From positions 1 to 52,995 of the forward strand of contig JANNUK010000227.1 in the NCBI GenBank assembly GCA_031395155.1: a DNA stretch of 52,995 nt, written 5' to 3'. Source of the DNA: Chloroflexota bacterium. Lineage in GTDB: Bacteria; Chloroflexota; Limnocylindria; Limnocylindrales; CSP1-4. Of the stretch, positions 18,353-26,529 are shown piece by piece; position 1 is the stretch's first letter; every line of letters begins with the position of its first letter. Both the position numbers and the translations under genes were made by a program. The notes below the pieces were generated by a model. The model was given only the letters and a program-made list of their open reading frames with translations. It searched no databases and had not been told where the DNA came from.

Positions 18353-18382
18353 ATCGTAGGGGCGTCCGGAGCGGAGTGTCAA
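18353..18382 (-). promoter_or_regulatory. Near-consensus promoter TTGACA - 18 nt - TACGAT upstream of glmU
   Basis: tgtcaa at 18377-18382 and atcgta at 18353-18358 on the plus strand. It lies between the canonical ridA stop (18403) and the glmU start (18254). Confidence 0.45.
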
Positions 18383-18402
18383 TCGTGGCGGCCGACGTTG
18401 CA

Positions 18403-18790
18403 TCAACGAACCACGGCGATGGCCTCGACCTCGACGAGGGCGCCCTTCGGCAGGCCGCCCACGCCGACCGTCGATCGATCGCGCCGGCGGTGGATCGGGC
18501 ACGAACCGGGCGTAGATCGCGTTGACGGCGGCAAAGTCGGCCACGTCCGCGAGAAAGATCGTCGTCTTCAGCACAGCCGACCAGCCGACGCCTGCGGCGT
18601 CGAGCACCGCCGTGAGGTTGATCAGCGCGCGGTCCGCCTGGGCCTCAACGCCGCCCTCGACCAGGTCGCCGGTCGACGGGTCTATTCCAACTTGGCCCGA
18701 GCAGAAGACAAGCGACTCCGTGCGGATCGCCTGGCTGTACGGGCCGAGCGCCGCGGGGGCGTTCGCAGTGGCGATGGCGTCACGCGTCAT
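18403..18790 (-). pseudogene. ridA: RidA/YjgF family deaminase, reading frame broken by a 4-bp tandem duplication
   Basis: The N-terminal 100 aa are canonical (APAALGPYSQA, FCSGQVGIDPSTGDL, KTTIFLADVADFAAVNAIYARF). After PPARS the track frame turns Arg-rich. Removing 4 nt from tcgatcgatcg (18471-18481) restores PARS-TVGVGGLPKGALVEVEAIAVVR-stop at 18403, giving 127 aa. Confidence 0.7.
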
Positions 18791-19827
18791 TGGGGCGGTC
18801 CTCCATGTGTGGACGATCGGGCGGGTTCCGGAAGGTCGGCCGGGCGGTCGGCCGGGCCGACCGCGGCGGACGGGTGGATGGCGAGCTGCGTGGCCTCAAT
18901 GAACGGGGCGCCTTCGGGCGCCGGAAGGGAGCCGTCCGCGACGGCCTCGCGAACGCGGTCGGCGGCGCTCGTCGCGTCGCCCTCCGCAGCATAGAGGGTC
19001 CACAGCGTGGGTCCCGACCCCGACAGACCGACGGGGCGACCGAGAAGTCGCATGAGGCGTCGGCGGATGGGAATCAGTTCGGGCATGACGGCGGCCGCCG
19101 CGGGCAGGAGATCGTTGGCCGCGGCGAGCACGCCGGCGCGTTCCAGGAATGCCGCTCGGGAGATGCCGCTCCCGAACTCCGACGCGAAGTGCTCCGATGT
19201 GCGGCGAACGACGCCGGGCTCGCCCATCGCGCCGGCGGCCCATGCCGCGAAGACGGCGGCCGTCGACATGGGCACGGCCGGTGTGACGAGCAGCACCCAT
19301 GGGGCAGACGATCCGGCACGCAGCCCGTGCAACCGCGTCACCCGCTCCCCTCGTCCCTCGACGAGGGCCGGGCCCCCGGCCAGGAAGAACGGAACGTCCG
19401 AGCCGATCGCGGCGGCCGTACCCATCAACGTGGCGGGGTCGAGCGTCGCACCCCATGCCTCAAGGGACGCGTCGAGTGCCGCGGCGGCGTCGCTGCTGCC
19501 GCCGGCGAGGCCGGCGGCGACCGGGATCCGCTTGTCGAGCCTGATGGCCAGCGGCGGCGTCGGCCCGGATCCGCCCACGGCGGATCGAGCGGCGGCCACT
19601 GCGCGCAGGACAAGGTTCGCCGGGTTGGGGCCCGCGTCGCGGCCGGAGACGTGCAGCGTGTCGGTGCCGCGCGCAAGGACGGCGACGGACAGCCGGTCTG
19701 CGAGACCCAGCGGCACCATCACCGAGTGCAGGGAATGAAACCCGTCGGATCGCCGTCCGATCACGGCGAGTGTGAGATTGAGTTTGGCCGGGGCCACACG
19801 GACAGCGGGTGCCAGCTCGCGGTTCAT
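18787..19827 (-). CDS. ispE: 4-diphosphocytidyl-2-C-methyl-D-erythritol kinase
   Basis: APAKLNLTLAVIGRRSDGFHSL and GHMP motif RIPVAAGLAGGSSDAAAAL. Start refined to ATG 19827 (MNRELAPAV..), which ATGA-overlaps the rsmA stop. About 45-aa C-terminal extension. Confidence 0.88.
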   Translation of the reverse strand: MNRELAPAVRVAPAKLNLTLAVIGRRSDGFHSLHSVMVPLGLADRLSVAVLARGTDTLHVSGRDAGPNPANLVLRAVAAARSAVGGSGPTPPLAIRLDKRIPVAAGLAGGSSDAAAALDASLEAWGATLDPATLMGTAAAIGSDVPFFLAGGPALVEGRGERVTRLHGLRAGSSAPWVLLVTPAVPMSTAAVFAAWAAGAMGEPGVVRRTSEHFASEFGSGISRAAFLERAGVLAAANDLLPAAAAVMPELIPIRRRLMRLLGRPVGLSGSGPTLWTLYAAEGDATSAADRVREAVADGSLPAPEGAPFIEATQLAIHPSAAVGPADRPADLPEPARSSTHGGPPQ

Positions 19828-20747
19828 CGCGTCTTCCGTCCGCGCGCGTCCGGTCCGATCGGGCCCACCGCCTCGCGGAGGGCGAGCCACTCGCCGACCG
19901 CCAGCGTCTGGGGACGCCGCTCCGGAGCGATGCCGACGGCGGCCAGCGCGGCGTCGACCCGTTCCGTGGAGATCGGTAGCTGCCGCGCCAGCACGTTGTG
20001 GAGCATCTTGCGCCGCTCCCGAAAGCCCGCCTGGACCAGGCGCCAGAGCTCATCTTCGGCATCCATGTCGGTGAGCCGGTCGTCGGGGTACGGCTCGAGC
20101 ACGAGGACGGCCGACGCGACCTTGGGAGCCGGCTCGAAGGCCGTGGGCGGGACCATCGTCGCGATCCGGACCCGGGCGTGGTACTGGACGAACACCGACA
20201 GATACGACATCGCCCCCGGTGGCGCCGCCACGCGCTCCCCGACCTCGCGCTGGACCATGAGGACGATCCGCCGAGGCCGTGGCGGCGCACCCAGCAGGGC
20301 ATGCAGGATCGGCGACGTGATGTGGTACGGAATGTTGGCCACGACGTCATACGGCGGCGTCACGATATGCACGAGGTCCTGGTCCAGGGCGTCGCCTTCG
20401 ATGAGGCGGAGTGCGCCGGGCGTTTCCGGTCCCTCGTCCGCGGCCAGGCCCAGCGCCGCCGCGTGTCGATGGCGAAGGTATGCGGCGAGGCCCCGGTCCA
20501 GCTCGATCGCGGTGACGGCGGCGCCGGCGTCGAGCAGGGCGTCGGTGAGGATGCCCAGCCCCGGCCCGATCTCGATGATGCGACCTCCCGGCCGTGGATC
20601 GGCCTCGCCCAGGATCACGTCGAGGACATCGGGATCCGCCAGGAAGTTCTGTGACAGCTGCGACCGAGCTCGCAGGCCCGCCTCCCGCAGGACGCGGCGA
20701 ACCGCGGCGGGATCGATCCGCGGTGTCGCGGGCAGTTCGCGGTTCAT
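19824..20747 (-). CDS. rsmA: 16S rRNA (adenine1518/1519-N6)-dimethyltransferase
   Basis: LSQNFLADPDV, SAM loop IIEIGPGLGILT, VANIPYHITSPIL. Start refined to ATG 20747, overlapping the tsaD stop. Confidence 0.9.
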   Translation of the reverse strand: MNRELPATPRIDPAAVRRVLREAGLRARSQLSQNFLADPDVLDVILGEADPRPGGRIIEIGPGLGILTDALLDAGAAVTAIELDRGLAAYLRHRHAAALGLAADEGPETPGALRLIEGDALDQDLVHIVTPPYDVVANIPYHITSPILHALLGAPPRPRRIVLMVQREVGERVAAPPGAMSYLSVFVQYHARVRIATMVPPTAFEPAPKVASAVLVLEPYPDDRLTDMDAEDELWRLVQAGFRERRKMLHNVLARQLPISTERVDAALAAVGIAPERRPQTLAVGEWLALREAVGPIGPDARGRKTR

Positions 20748-21808
20748 CCGCGCCGGGCGAGTGGCAACGACGGGCGGGCGTCGAGGTCCATCCCGGAGCG
20801 TTCGCCGGCCGCGAGCCGGCGTGCGCCCGCGGCGCCGATCATCGCCCCATTGTCGGTGCACAACCCTGGTCGCGGCACGATGAGCGGCAGCGCGCGAGCT
20901 TCGGCCTCACCGGCGAGACGGGTGCGCAGGACCACGTTGGCGGCGACCCCGCCGCCGATCACGATTGATCGGGCACCTGTCGCCTCGGCCGCCCGGATCG
21001 TCTTCGTCACCAGGACGTCGACCACGCTGTCCTGGAAACCAAAGGCGAGCTCGGCGAGGACTGCCTCGGGGAGCGGATCGTTCGCATCGGTCAGGCCCGC
21101 GTCGCGGCGCGCTCCCTCGACGATGCGGCGAGCGGCGGTCTTGAGTCCGGAGAAGCTGAAGTCCCAGGAATCGCCCAGCCATGCGCGCGGGAAGAGGGCA
21201 TCGCGCCGGGTGGCGCCGGCGGCCGCATGCATGATCGCCGGACCACCTGGGTAGCCCAGGCCGAGCAGGCGACCGACCTTGTCGAATGCCTCGCCTGCCG
21301 CGTCGTCCAGGGTCTGGCCCAGGAGTCGATACGTGAGGTGGTCGGTCATCTCGACGAGGAAGGTGTGACCACCCGATACGACGAGGGCGACCAGCGGGAA
21401 GACCGGTTCCGGGCGCTCATCCTCGTCGGCGTCCAGCAGCCAGGCCGCGTAGACGTGGCCCTCGAGATGGTTGACTCCGACCAGCGGCTTGTCGTGGACC
21501 CAGGCCAGGGTCTTGGCCACGTTGATGCCGACGAGAAGGGATCCTGCCAGGCCCGGGCCGTAGGTCACGGCAATCCCGTCCAGGTCCGCCCATTCGACGC
21601 CGCCGTCGTTCCACGCTTCGTCGAGGACGGGCAGAACCCAGCGCAGGTGTGCTCGGGCCGCCACCTCCGGTACGATCCCGCCGGTCGCGGCGTGCAATGC
21701 GACCTGGCTGGCCACCACGTTGGCGCGGATCCGCCGACCGCCCTCGACCAGGGCGATCCCGGTCTCGTCGCACGACGACTCGATCGCGAGGAGGAGCGGT
21801 CCGCTCAC
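20744..21808 (-). CDS. tsaD: tRNA N6-adenosine threonylcarbamoyltransferase
   Basis: LAIESSCDETGIALV, GVNHLEGHVYAA, VSGGHTFL, IGGGVAAN. The GTG start overlaps the rimI stop (GTGA). Confidence 0.93.
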   Translation of the reverse strand: MSGPLLLAIESSCDETGIALVEGGRRIRANVVASQVALHAATGGIVPEVAARAHLRWVLPVLDEAWNDGGVEWADLDGIAVTYGPGLAGSLLVGINVAKTLAWVHDKPLVGVNHLEGHVYAAWLLDADEDERPEPVFPLVALVVSGGHTFLVEMTDHLTYRLLGQTLDDAAGEAFDKVGRLLGLGYPGGPAIMHAAAGATRRDALFPRAWLGDSWDFSFSGLKTAARRIVEGARRDAGLTDANDPLPEAVLAELAFGFQDSVVDVLVTKTIRAAEATGARSIVIGGGVAANVVLRTRLAGEAEARALPLIVPRPGLCTDNGAMIGAAGARRLAAGERSGMDLDARPSLPLARRG

Positions 21809-22356
21809 GAGGACGCCTCGGGGGGTACGGGAAGAGGTGCCGTGTCCAGCTCGGCGCGAAGGTGCTCGAGCCGGACGATCAGCGCCGGATCGCTGAGCGG
21901 CGGCGTCGTCATGATCAAGGCATCCTCGCGATCGTCGCTGTAGTAGTGCGGCCGCAGGCCAACAGGCCGGAACCCGTACTTCTCGTACAGGCGCCGCGCG
22001 GCAAGGTTGGAGAGGCGGACCTCGAGCGTCATCTCACTCGCCCGGCGCTCCAGGGCGAGATCGAGGAGGCCAAGGATGAGGCGTTCGCCGATGCCCTGGC
22101 GGCGCCACGCATGGTGAACGGCGAACGTCGTGACGTGCGCCTCGTCGACCATCAACCACATCCCGGCGAAGGCGATGACCGTGTCCCCCATCCTGGCAAC
22201 AAGGTAGGAGGCCAGCCGGTTCGACTCGAGCTCGCTTCGATAGGCATGCGCGGGCCACGGTGCGCTGAAGCTGGCCTGCTCGATGGCGTGGACCGCGTCG
22301 AGGTCGTCGACGCGCATCGGTTCGATCCGGAACCTCAGCGGGGGTCGCGCGACCAC
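21805..22356 (-). CDS. rimI: Ribosomal-protein-alanine N-acetyltransferase (GNAT)
   Basis: VHAIEQASFSAPWPAHAYRSEL, FAVHHAWRRQGIGERLIL, NLAARRLYEKYGF. GTG 22356 is preceded by GGAGAGG. Alternative start ATG 22317. Confidence 0.85.
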   Translation of the reverse strand: MVARPPLRFRIEPMRVDDLDAVHAIEQASFSAPWPAHAYRSELESNRLASYLVARMGDTVIAFAGMWLMVDEAHVTTFAVHHAWRRQGIGERLILGLLDLALERRASEMTLEVRLSNLAARRLYEKYGFRPVGLRPHYYSDDREDALIMTTPPLSDPALIVRLEHLRAELDTAPLPVPPEASS

Positions 22357-23057
22357 GATACCTCTCCGTCCACGGCGTGGACCCCGCGCGGCAAGGTGAC
22401 GTACTCGGGCACGAGGCGAGCCGGGTCGTCGACGTCGTTTCGTGCCAGTCGCTCGGCGCCCAATCCGACCAGTGCCGCCGCAAACCGGGAAAAGGCTTCC
22501 TCGCCGCGAGCGAGCGCGTCGGCCGGCGCACGGTCGGGCAGGTCAAGCGCTACCAGAATCTCGCCCGGAGCAACGTCCGGTTCGCTCCCGCCCGGCACGA
22601 GCCGCGGTGGATCACGACGCCGGATCACGAGTCGATCCGACGGACCGGCCGGAAGCAGGAGGACCAGCGGAGCGACACGCCTGGATCGGTCGCCCGCGTC
22701 GGCGGCCGCCGCCTCACCGGCTGCCTCGAGAAGGGCCTCCGCGGTGGACACGCCGACGAGGGGCAGCCCCATCGACGCCGCCAGCGTCTTGGCAGTCGCG
22801 AGGCCGACCCGGAGCCCGGTGAACGCGCCGGGGCCCGTCCCCACGATGATCCCGGCGAGGCGCGATCGCCGAATGTTCCGCTCGGCGAGGAAGCGGTCGA
22901 TCGTCGGCAGCAACGTCTCACCGTGCCGATAGCCGGCGGGCCAGGTGGTCGCCCCGTCGAGGGTGCCCCCCGGCGTCGCGGTGGCCACGAGGCACCGGCT
23001 CGTTGACGTGTCGAACGCAAGCAGCGCCCGGCGACGTCCGTCGTGGGATCCGCTCAC
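22335..23057 (-). CDS. tsaB: tRNA threonylcarbamoyladenosine biosynthesis protein TsaB
   Basis: LLAFDTSTS and IIVGTGPGAFTGLRVGLATAKTLA. Start refined to GTG 23057, overlapping the tsaE TGA (GTGA). The track's upstream 119 aa are an alternate frame of tsaE. Confidence 0.85.
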   Translation of the reverse strand: MSGSHDGRRRALLAFDTSTSRCLVATATPGGTLDGATTWPAGYRHGETLLPTIDRFLAERNIRRSRLAGIIVGTGPGAFTGLRVGLATAKTLAASMGLPLVGVSTAEALLEAAGEAAAADAGDRSRRVAPLVLLLPAGPSDRLVIRRRDPPRLVPGGSEPDVAPGEILVALDLPDRAPADALARGEEAFSRFAAALVGLGAERLARNDVDDPARLVPEYVTLPRGVHAVDGEVSWSRDPR

Positions 23058-23539
23058 GAGACCGCGTCCAGGTACCGAACGAGGCCCGGCGTCCCGGCCC
23101 GCAGGCGAATCTGACGTGGATGATCGCCTTCCCCGTCGATGACCACGTCGAGGCGTCCGATCGGGAGCGCCGCGGCCATTCGATCGGGCCATTCGACGAG
23201 GGTCACTCCTGCCGCCTGGCGATCGTCGATCAGGCCCCCGGCGAACGCGTCGGTCGCGTCGGCCAGCCGGTAGAGGTCGAGGTGGAACAGCGGCAATCGG
23301 CCCTCGTACTCCGACATGAGAACGAACGTCGGCGAGTTGATCGTATCGGTCACACCCAGCCCGGCACCGAACCCCTTGGCGAAGACGGTCTTCCCGGCAC
23401 CGAGGTCGCCCCACAGGCAGATCAGGTCACCCGGCTGGGCCGACGCCGCGAGGTCGGCGGCCAGCGCGATTGTGGCTGCAGGGTCCGCGCTCATGACCGT
23501 CCTTTCACTCGACGTCTGCGCCTCGGCGCGATTGTTCAT
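23054..23539 (-). CDS. tsaE: tRNA threonylcarbamoyladenosine biosynthesis ATPase TsaE
   Basis: Walker A LWGDLGAGKTVFAKG, SPTFVLMSEY, HLDLYRL, VEWPDR. Confidence 0.88.
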   Translation of the reverse strand: MNNRAEAQTSSERTVMSADPAATIALAADLAASAQPGDLICLWGDLGAGKTVFAKGFGAGLGVTDTINSPTFVLMSEYEGRLPLFHLDLYRLADATDAFAGGLIDDRQAAGVTLVEWPDRMAAALPIGRLDVVIDGEGDHPRQIRLRAGTPGLVRYLDAVS

Positions 23540-26232
23540 TGAAATCGCTCAAGGTCGGCAAGCGGTACCGTCAGGGTCGTCCCGTCGACAAGCGCGATCC
23601 GGCCGGCCTCGAGATGCACACCGGCGGCAAAGCGCCGGACGCCCGCGAGGCCGACCCAGCGGCCTTCGATCCCGATGCGAGGACCGCTCCGGATACGCAC
23701 GAGATCGGGGGACGGCGTCGGGAGCGCAACCTGGGGATCGTCGATCACCAGCGCCGGCGGATCGATGAACATGCCGACGTCCCGACCGGCAAGGGCCCGC
23801 AGGACATCCATCATCGGGGTGGCAATCGGGCGCCGAAGGGAGCCGTCCAGCACGAGCACGCCAAACGGTTCGATCCGATGCCGGGCCGCCCCCTGGCGCT
23901 CGTTGGACGCGAGGACATCGCGGCGTTCCTTGCTGGCGAGACTGGCGACGACAATCCCGCGAACACCCATCGCCCGGGCGCGCGTGAGGACCTCTGCGTC
24001 GACACGAGCCCCGACAACGAGGACGGTCCCACGGCGGCCCACGTCGATCGCTCCCGCCCGAAGCTCGCCCCGCGCAGGCGCCGCGATCTCCAACCGACCG
24101 CGCACCGGCGAACCGAGGGCTTCGGTCCCGATCAGCCCGCGGGCCGGCACCGTGATCCTGATGCCAACACCCGGACGAACGTCACGAACGATCCCCGAGA
24201 CCGGGGCCTCGATGCGATCCAGCAGGTCGCCGGCCGCGACCCGCCAGCGACCCTGGACCTCGTACAACAGCTCGGCCGATCCCGCTTCGCCAGCCGGCCG
24301 GCCGTTCCCCGTCGGCGGCGACCAGCGATCTCCCGGCCCGGCATCGGGGCCGGGAGTCGATGGATCGGCTCGCGACACTTCGCGGGTCTCGCCGTCGCGG
24401 AGGATATCGGCGAGGGCGGCGCCCACGCTGAACGCCTCACCGGCCTTGACGAGAGGCCGGTCACCCGGCCGCAAGCGGAGGACGACGTCGATCGGACCGG
24501 CGACGATGGTCCGCACTGGCACGAGTTCCAGCCCTGGCGCGACCCCCGGCGGCGGGCGGATGCCGCCTTCGACGGTCCATTGATCGCCGCCCGACCAGAG
24601 CGGATCCTGCCACCCCGCCAGCAGCTCGCGCCGCAGGTCGTGCCGATCCGGCAGGCGGAGTGGAATGTCGCGCAGGTCGATCAGGAGCCCGCCGAGTCCT
24701 CCCGCGACCTCGATCTGGAACCGTCGGCCGCGGGCGCCCAGGACCACAGGTTCTCGGAACTCGAAATCGGCACTGCCGACGATACCCGGCGGAAGGTCAA
24801 CGAACTCCAGCCCGCCGGGAACGAGGTCCAGCCGGGACGGCCCGTCGGAGCCGCTGACGACGACCGAGCCTGCCGGAAGACCGCCACGAAGTCCGCCGGG
24901 AATCACGACACCACCGAGTGGTGCGAGGACCTCATCGACGAGGTCCGCGATCATGGCCTGCGCCTCGTCGCGGTCGGCGATCGTGCCGATGGCCCCGAGG
25001 ATTCGGGCGTGGTCGTGGGCGAGCTGGATGGCCGCCGGTCGCCGTAGCACGTCGGCGACGGACAGGGCGATCACCGCGCCGGGCGCGACGGCCCACGCGC
25101 CGCCTGCGACCACGACGAGGTCTGGCGACGGTCGCGCGGACAGGTCCGGCGTGAGCGCGATCAGATGGGCCAGAGCGGCACGCACGGCGGCCAGGCGCAG
25201 GCGAGCGCCGTCTCCGGCCGCGTCGGCCCATGGATTTGCCCGGAGTTCGCGAAGGCGGTCCCGCAGGCGATGCCGGTCCACGTTCACCGTCGACCAGATG
25301 GCCACGCGGTCAATGGTGGCCTCGTCGATCTCGGCCGGGACCAGCGCGGCGCCGGCCGACGTGATCGCACTGAGATCGTACGGCCGGCCCGCAGCCGGCG
25401 GACTCGCGGCTGCTCGCAGGCCCCCGGACATGCCGACCTCGAGCAGTTCCACACGTCGATCGAGAACGCCCGCAAGGAGCTCCGTCGACCGGGCGAGGCC
25501 CCAGCGAGCGTCATCGTCGCGACGACCCACGGACACGAGGATGTCCCGGAGGTGCTCTCCGGGGGGCGTGCCGCTGCGGGCATCGGGTGCCCGGAGCACT
25601 TCGACCCGATCCGACGACGTTTCGCGGATCCTCGACTCCTGGTCGGCCATCGCCCCGGCCAGGACGATCGGGAGGTCGGGCCGACGGGTCGCCACGGCCG
25701 CGAGCAGCGCGCTGAGATCGGCGAGGCCGCCGCGCTCGTCGGCGCCAGCGCGCTGGTCGGCGCCGGCCAGCACGGCGCTCACGCCTGGATCGAGGAGGCG
25801 GGCGGTCACGCTCCGCGGGTCGTCATGTTCAATCGTCGCGCCGACCTGGTCCCAACCGCTCCTGGCGACGACATTGGCCAGTGCGGCGTGGCCGCGCTCG
25901 GTCGCGGTCAGCACGGCGATCGTGCCGGGCGGTCGGCTGACGGCCTCGAGGCGCGCGCCAGAGGTGACCGGGTCGGCCGGAAACCGCAGGCTCGACAGGA
26001 GGTCCGGATCGGCAGACCGGAGGGTCGCCACCAGGTGCTCGAGGACGGCATCGACCGGGATCGAGGCGGGTGCGGCAATCGACGCGAGCAACCGTCGGCG
26101 GCCGTCGACGCGGGCGACCAGGGCGGCAGCCGTCGTGGCGCTGCCACGGTCCACGATGAACAGCGGGTGCGGGTCCCGAATCACGGGCTTCATGCTACCC
26201 GGCCGCGGCGATCGGACGCCTGCGTCGGGCAC
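23536..26232 (-). CDS. Large (about 885-898 aa) uncharacterised multidomain protein
   Basis: Long ORF in the same strand and phase logic as its neighbours. Its stop overlaps the tsaE ATG (ATGA). The start is GTG 26232 (6 nt after the upstream stop) or ATG 26193. I cannot name a family; see findings for motif-level observations. Confidence 0.6.
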   Translation of the reverse strand: MPDAGVRSPRPGSMKPVIRDPHPLFIVDRGSATTAAALVARVDGRRRLLASIAAPASIPVDAVLEHLVATLRSADPDLLSSLRFPADPVTSGARLEAVSRPPGTIAVLTATERGHAALANVVARSGWDQVGATIEHDDPRSVTARLLDPGVSAVLAGADQRAGADERGGLADLSALLAAVATRRPDLPIVLAGAMADQESRIRETSSDRVEVLRAPDARSGTPPGEHLRDILVSVGRRDDDARWGLARSTELLAGVLDRRVELLEVGMSGGLRAAASPPAAGRPYDLSAITSAGAALVPAEIDEATIDRVAIWSTVNVDRHRLRDRLRELRANPWADAAGDGARLRLAAVRAALAHLIALTPDLSARPSPDLVVVAGGAWAVAPGAVIALSVADVLRRPAAIQLAHDHARILGAIGTIADRDEAQAMIADLVDEVLAPLGGVVIPGGLRGGLPAGSVVVSGSDGPSRLDLVPGGLEFVDLPPGIVGSADFEFREPVVLGARGRRFQIEVAGGLGGLLIDLRDIPLRLPDRHDLRRELLAGWQDPLWSGGDQWTVEGGIRPPPGVAPGLELVPVRTIVAGPIDVVLRLRPGDRPLVKAGEAFSVGAALADILRDGETREVSRADPSTPGPDAGPGDRWSPPTGNGRPAGEAGSAELLYEVQGRWRVAAGDLLDRIEAPVSGIVRDVRPGVGIRITVPARGLIGTEALGSPVRGRLEIAAPARGELRAGAIDVGRRGTVLVVGARVDAEVLTRARAMGVRGIVVASLASKERRDVLASNERQGAARHRIEPFGVLVLDGSLRRPIATPMMDVLRALAGRDVGMFIDPPALVIDDPQVALPTPSPDLVRIRSGPRIGIEGRWVGLAGVRRFAAGVHLEAGRIALVDGTTLTVPLADLERFQ

Positions 26233-26238
26233 GTTTGA

Positions 26239-26529
26239 TCAGGCGTCCCAGGACGCCTCCTCGTAGAGTTCCTCGAGTCGATCGATGAGCTGCTCGATCC
26301 CGGCATCGTCGGCCAGGATCGCCGAGGCTCCGACCAGGCCGCCCCCAAACAGCGAGCGCAGGACCGGATCGAAGAAGAGCATCGCGTCCGAGCCGAGCGG
26401 CCGATAGGGTCGACTGGCGTGCAGGAAGCTCACGGCGGACGCCGTGAGACCGCGAAGTTGGATCTCTCGGGCCACCTCTTCGACGAGCGCGTCGCGCAGT
26501 TCGTCGCCAGGCTCCAGGGGCAGCATCAC
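26239..26529 (-). CDS. Small acidic hypothetical protein (95-96 aa)
   Basis: GTG-ATG at 26529/26526 overlaps the macro-domain stop. GC-rich third positions. Asp/Glu-rich N- and C-terminal helix-like segments (ELRDALVEEVAREIQ, IEQLIDRLEELYEEASWDA). No family recognised. Confidence 0.5.
   Translation of the reverse strand: MMLPLEPGDELRDALVEEVAREIQLRGLTASAVSFLHASRPYRPLGSDAMLFFDPVLRSLFGGGLVGASAILADDAGIEQLIDRLEELYEEASWDA

Noticed and set aside
18471-18483. Programmed ribosomal frameshift in ridA.
   Set aside because: There is no slippery heptamer or downstream stimulatory structure. The lesion is a simple 4-nt tandem duplication, and the extended frame has no protein-like features, so mutation or assembly error is the better explanation.
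19813-20747. ispE and rsmA both begin MNREL with nearly identical DNA (ATGAACCGCGAgCTG vs ATGAACCGCGAaCTG); tsaE and the CorC-like gene also start ATGAAC on an ATGA overlap. This might suggest duplication or a reinitiation motif.
   Set aside because: Similarity stops after 15 nt, the proteins are unrelated, and Asn as the second codon after an ATGA junction is common. Most likely coincidence, though a genome-wide count could revisit it.
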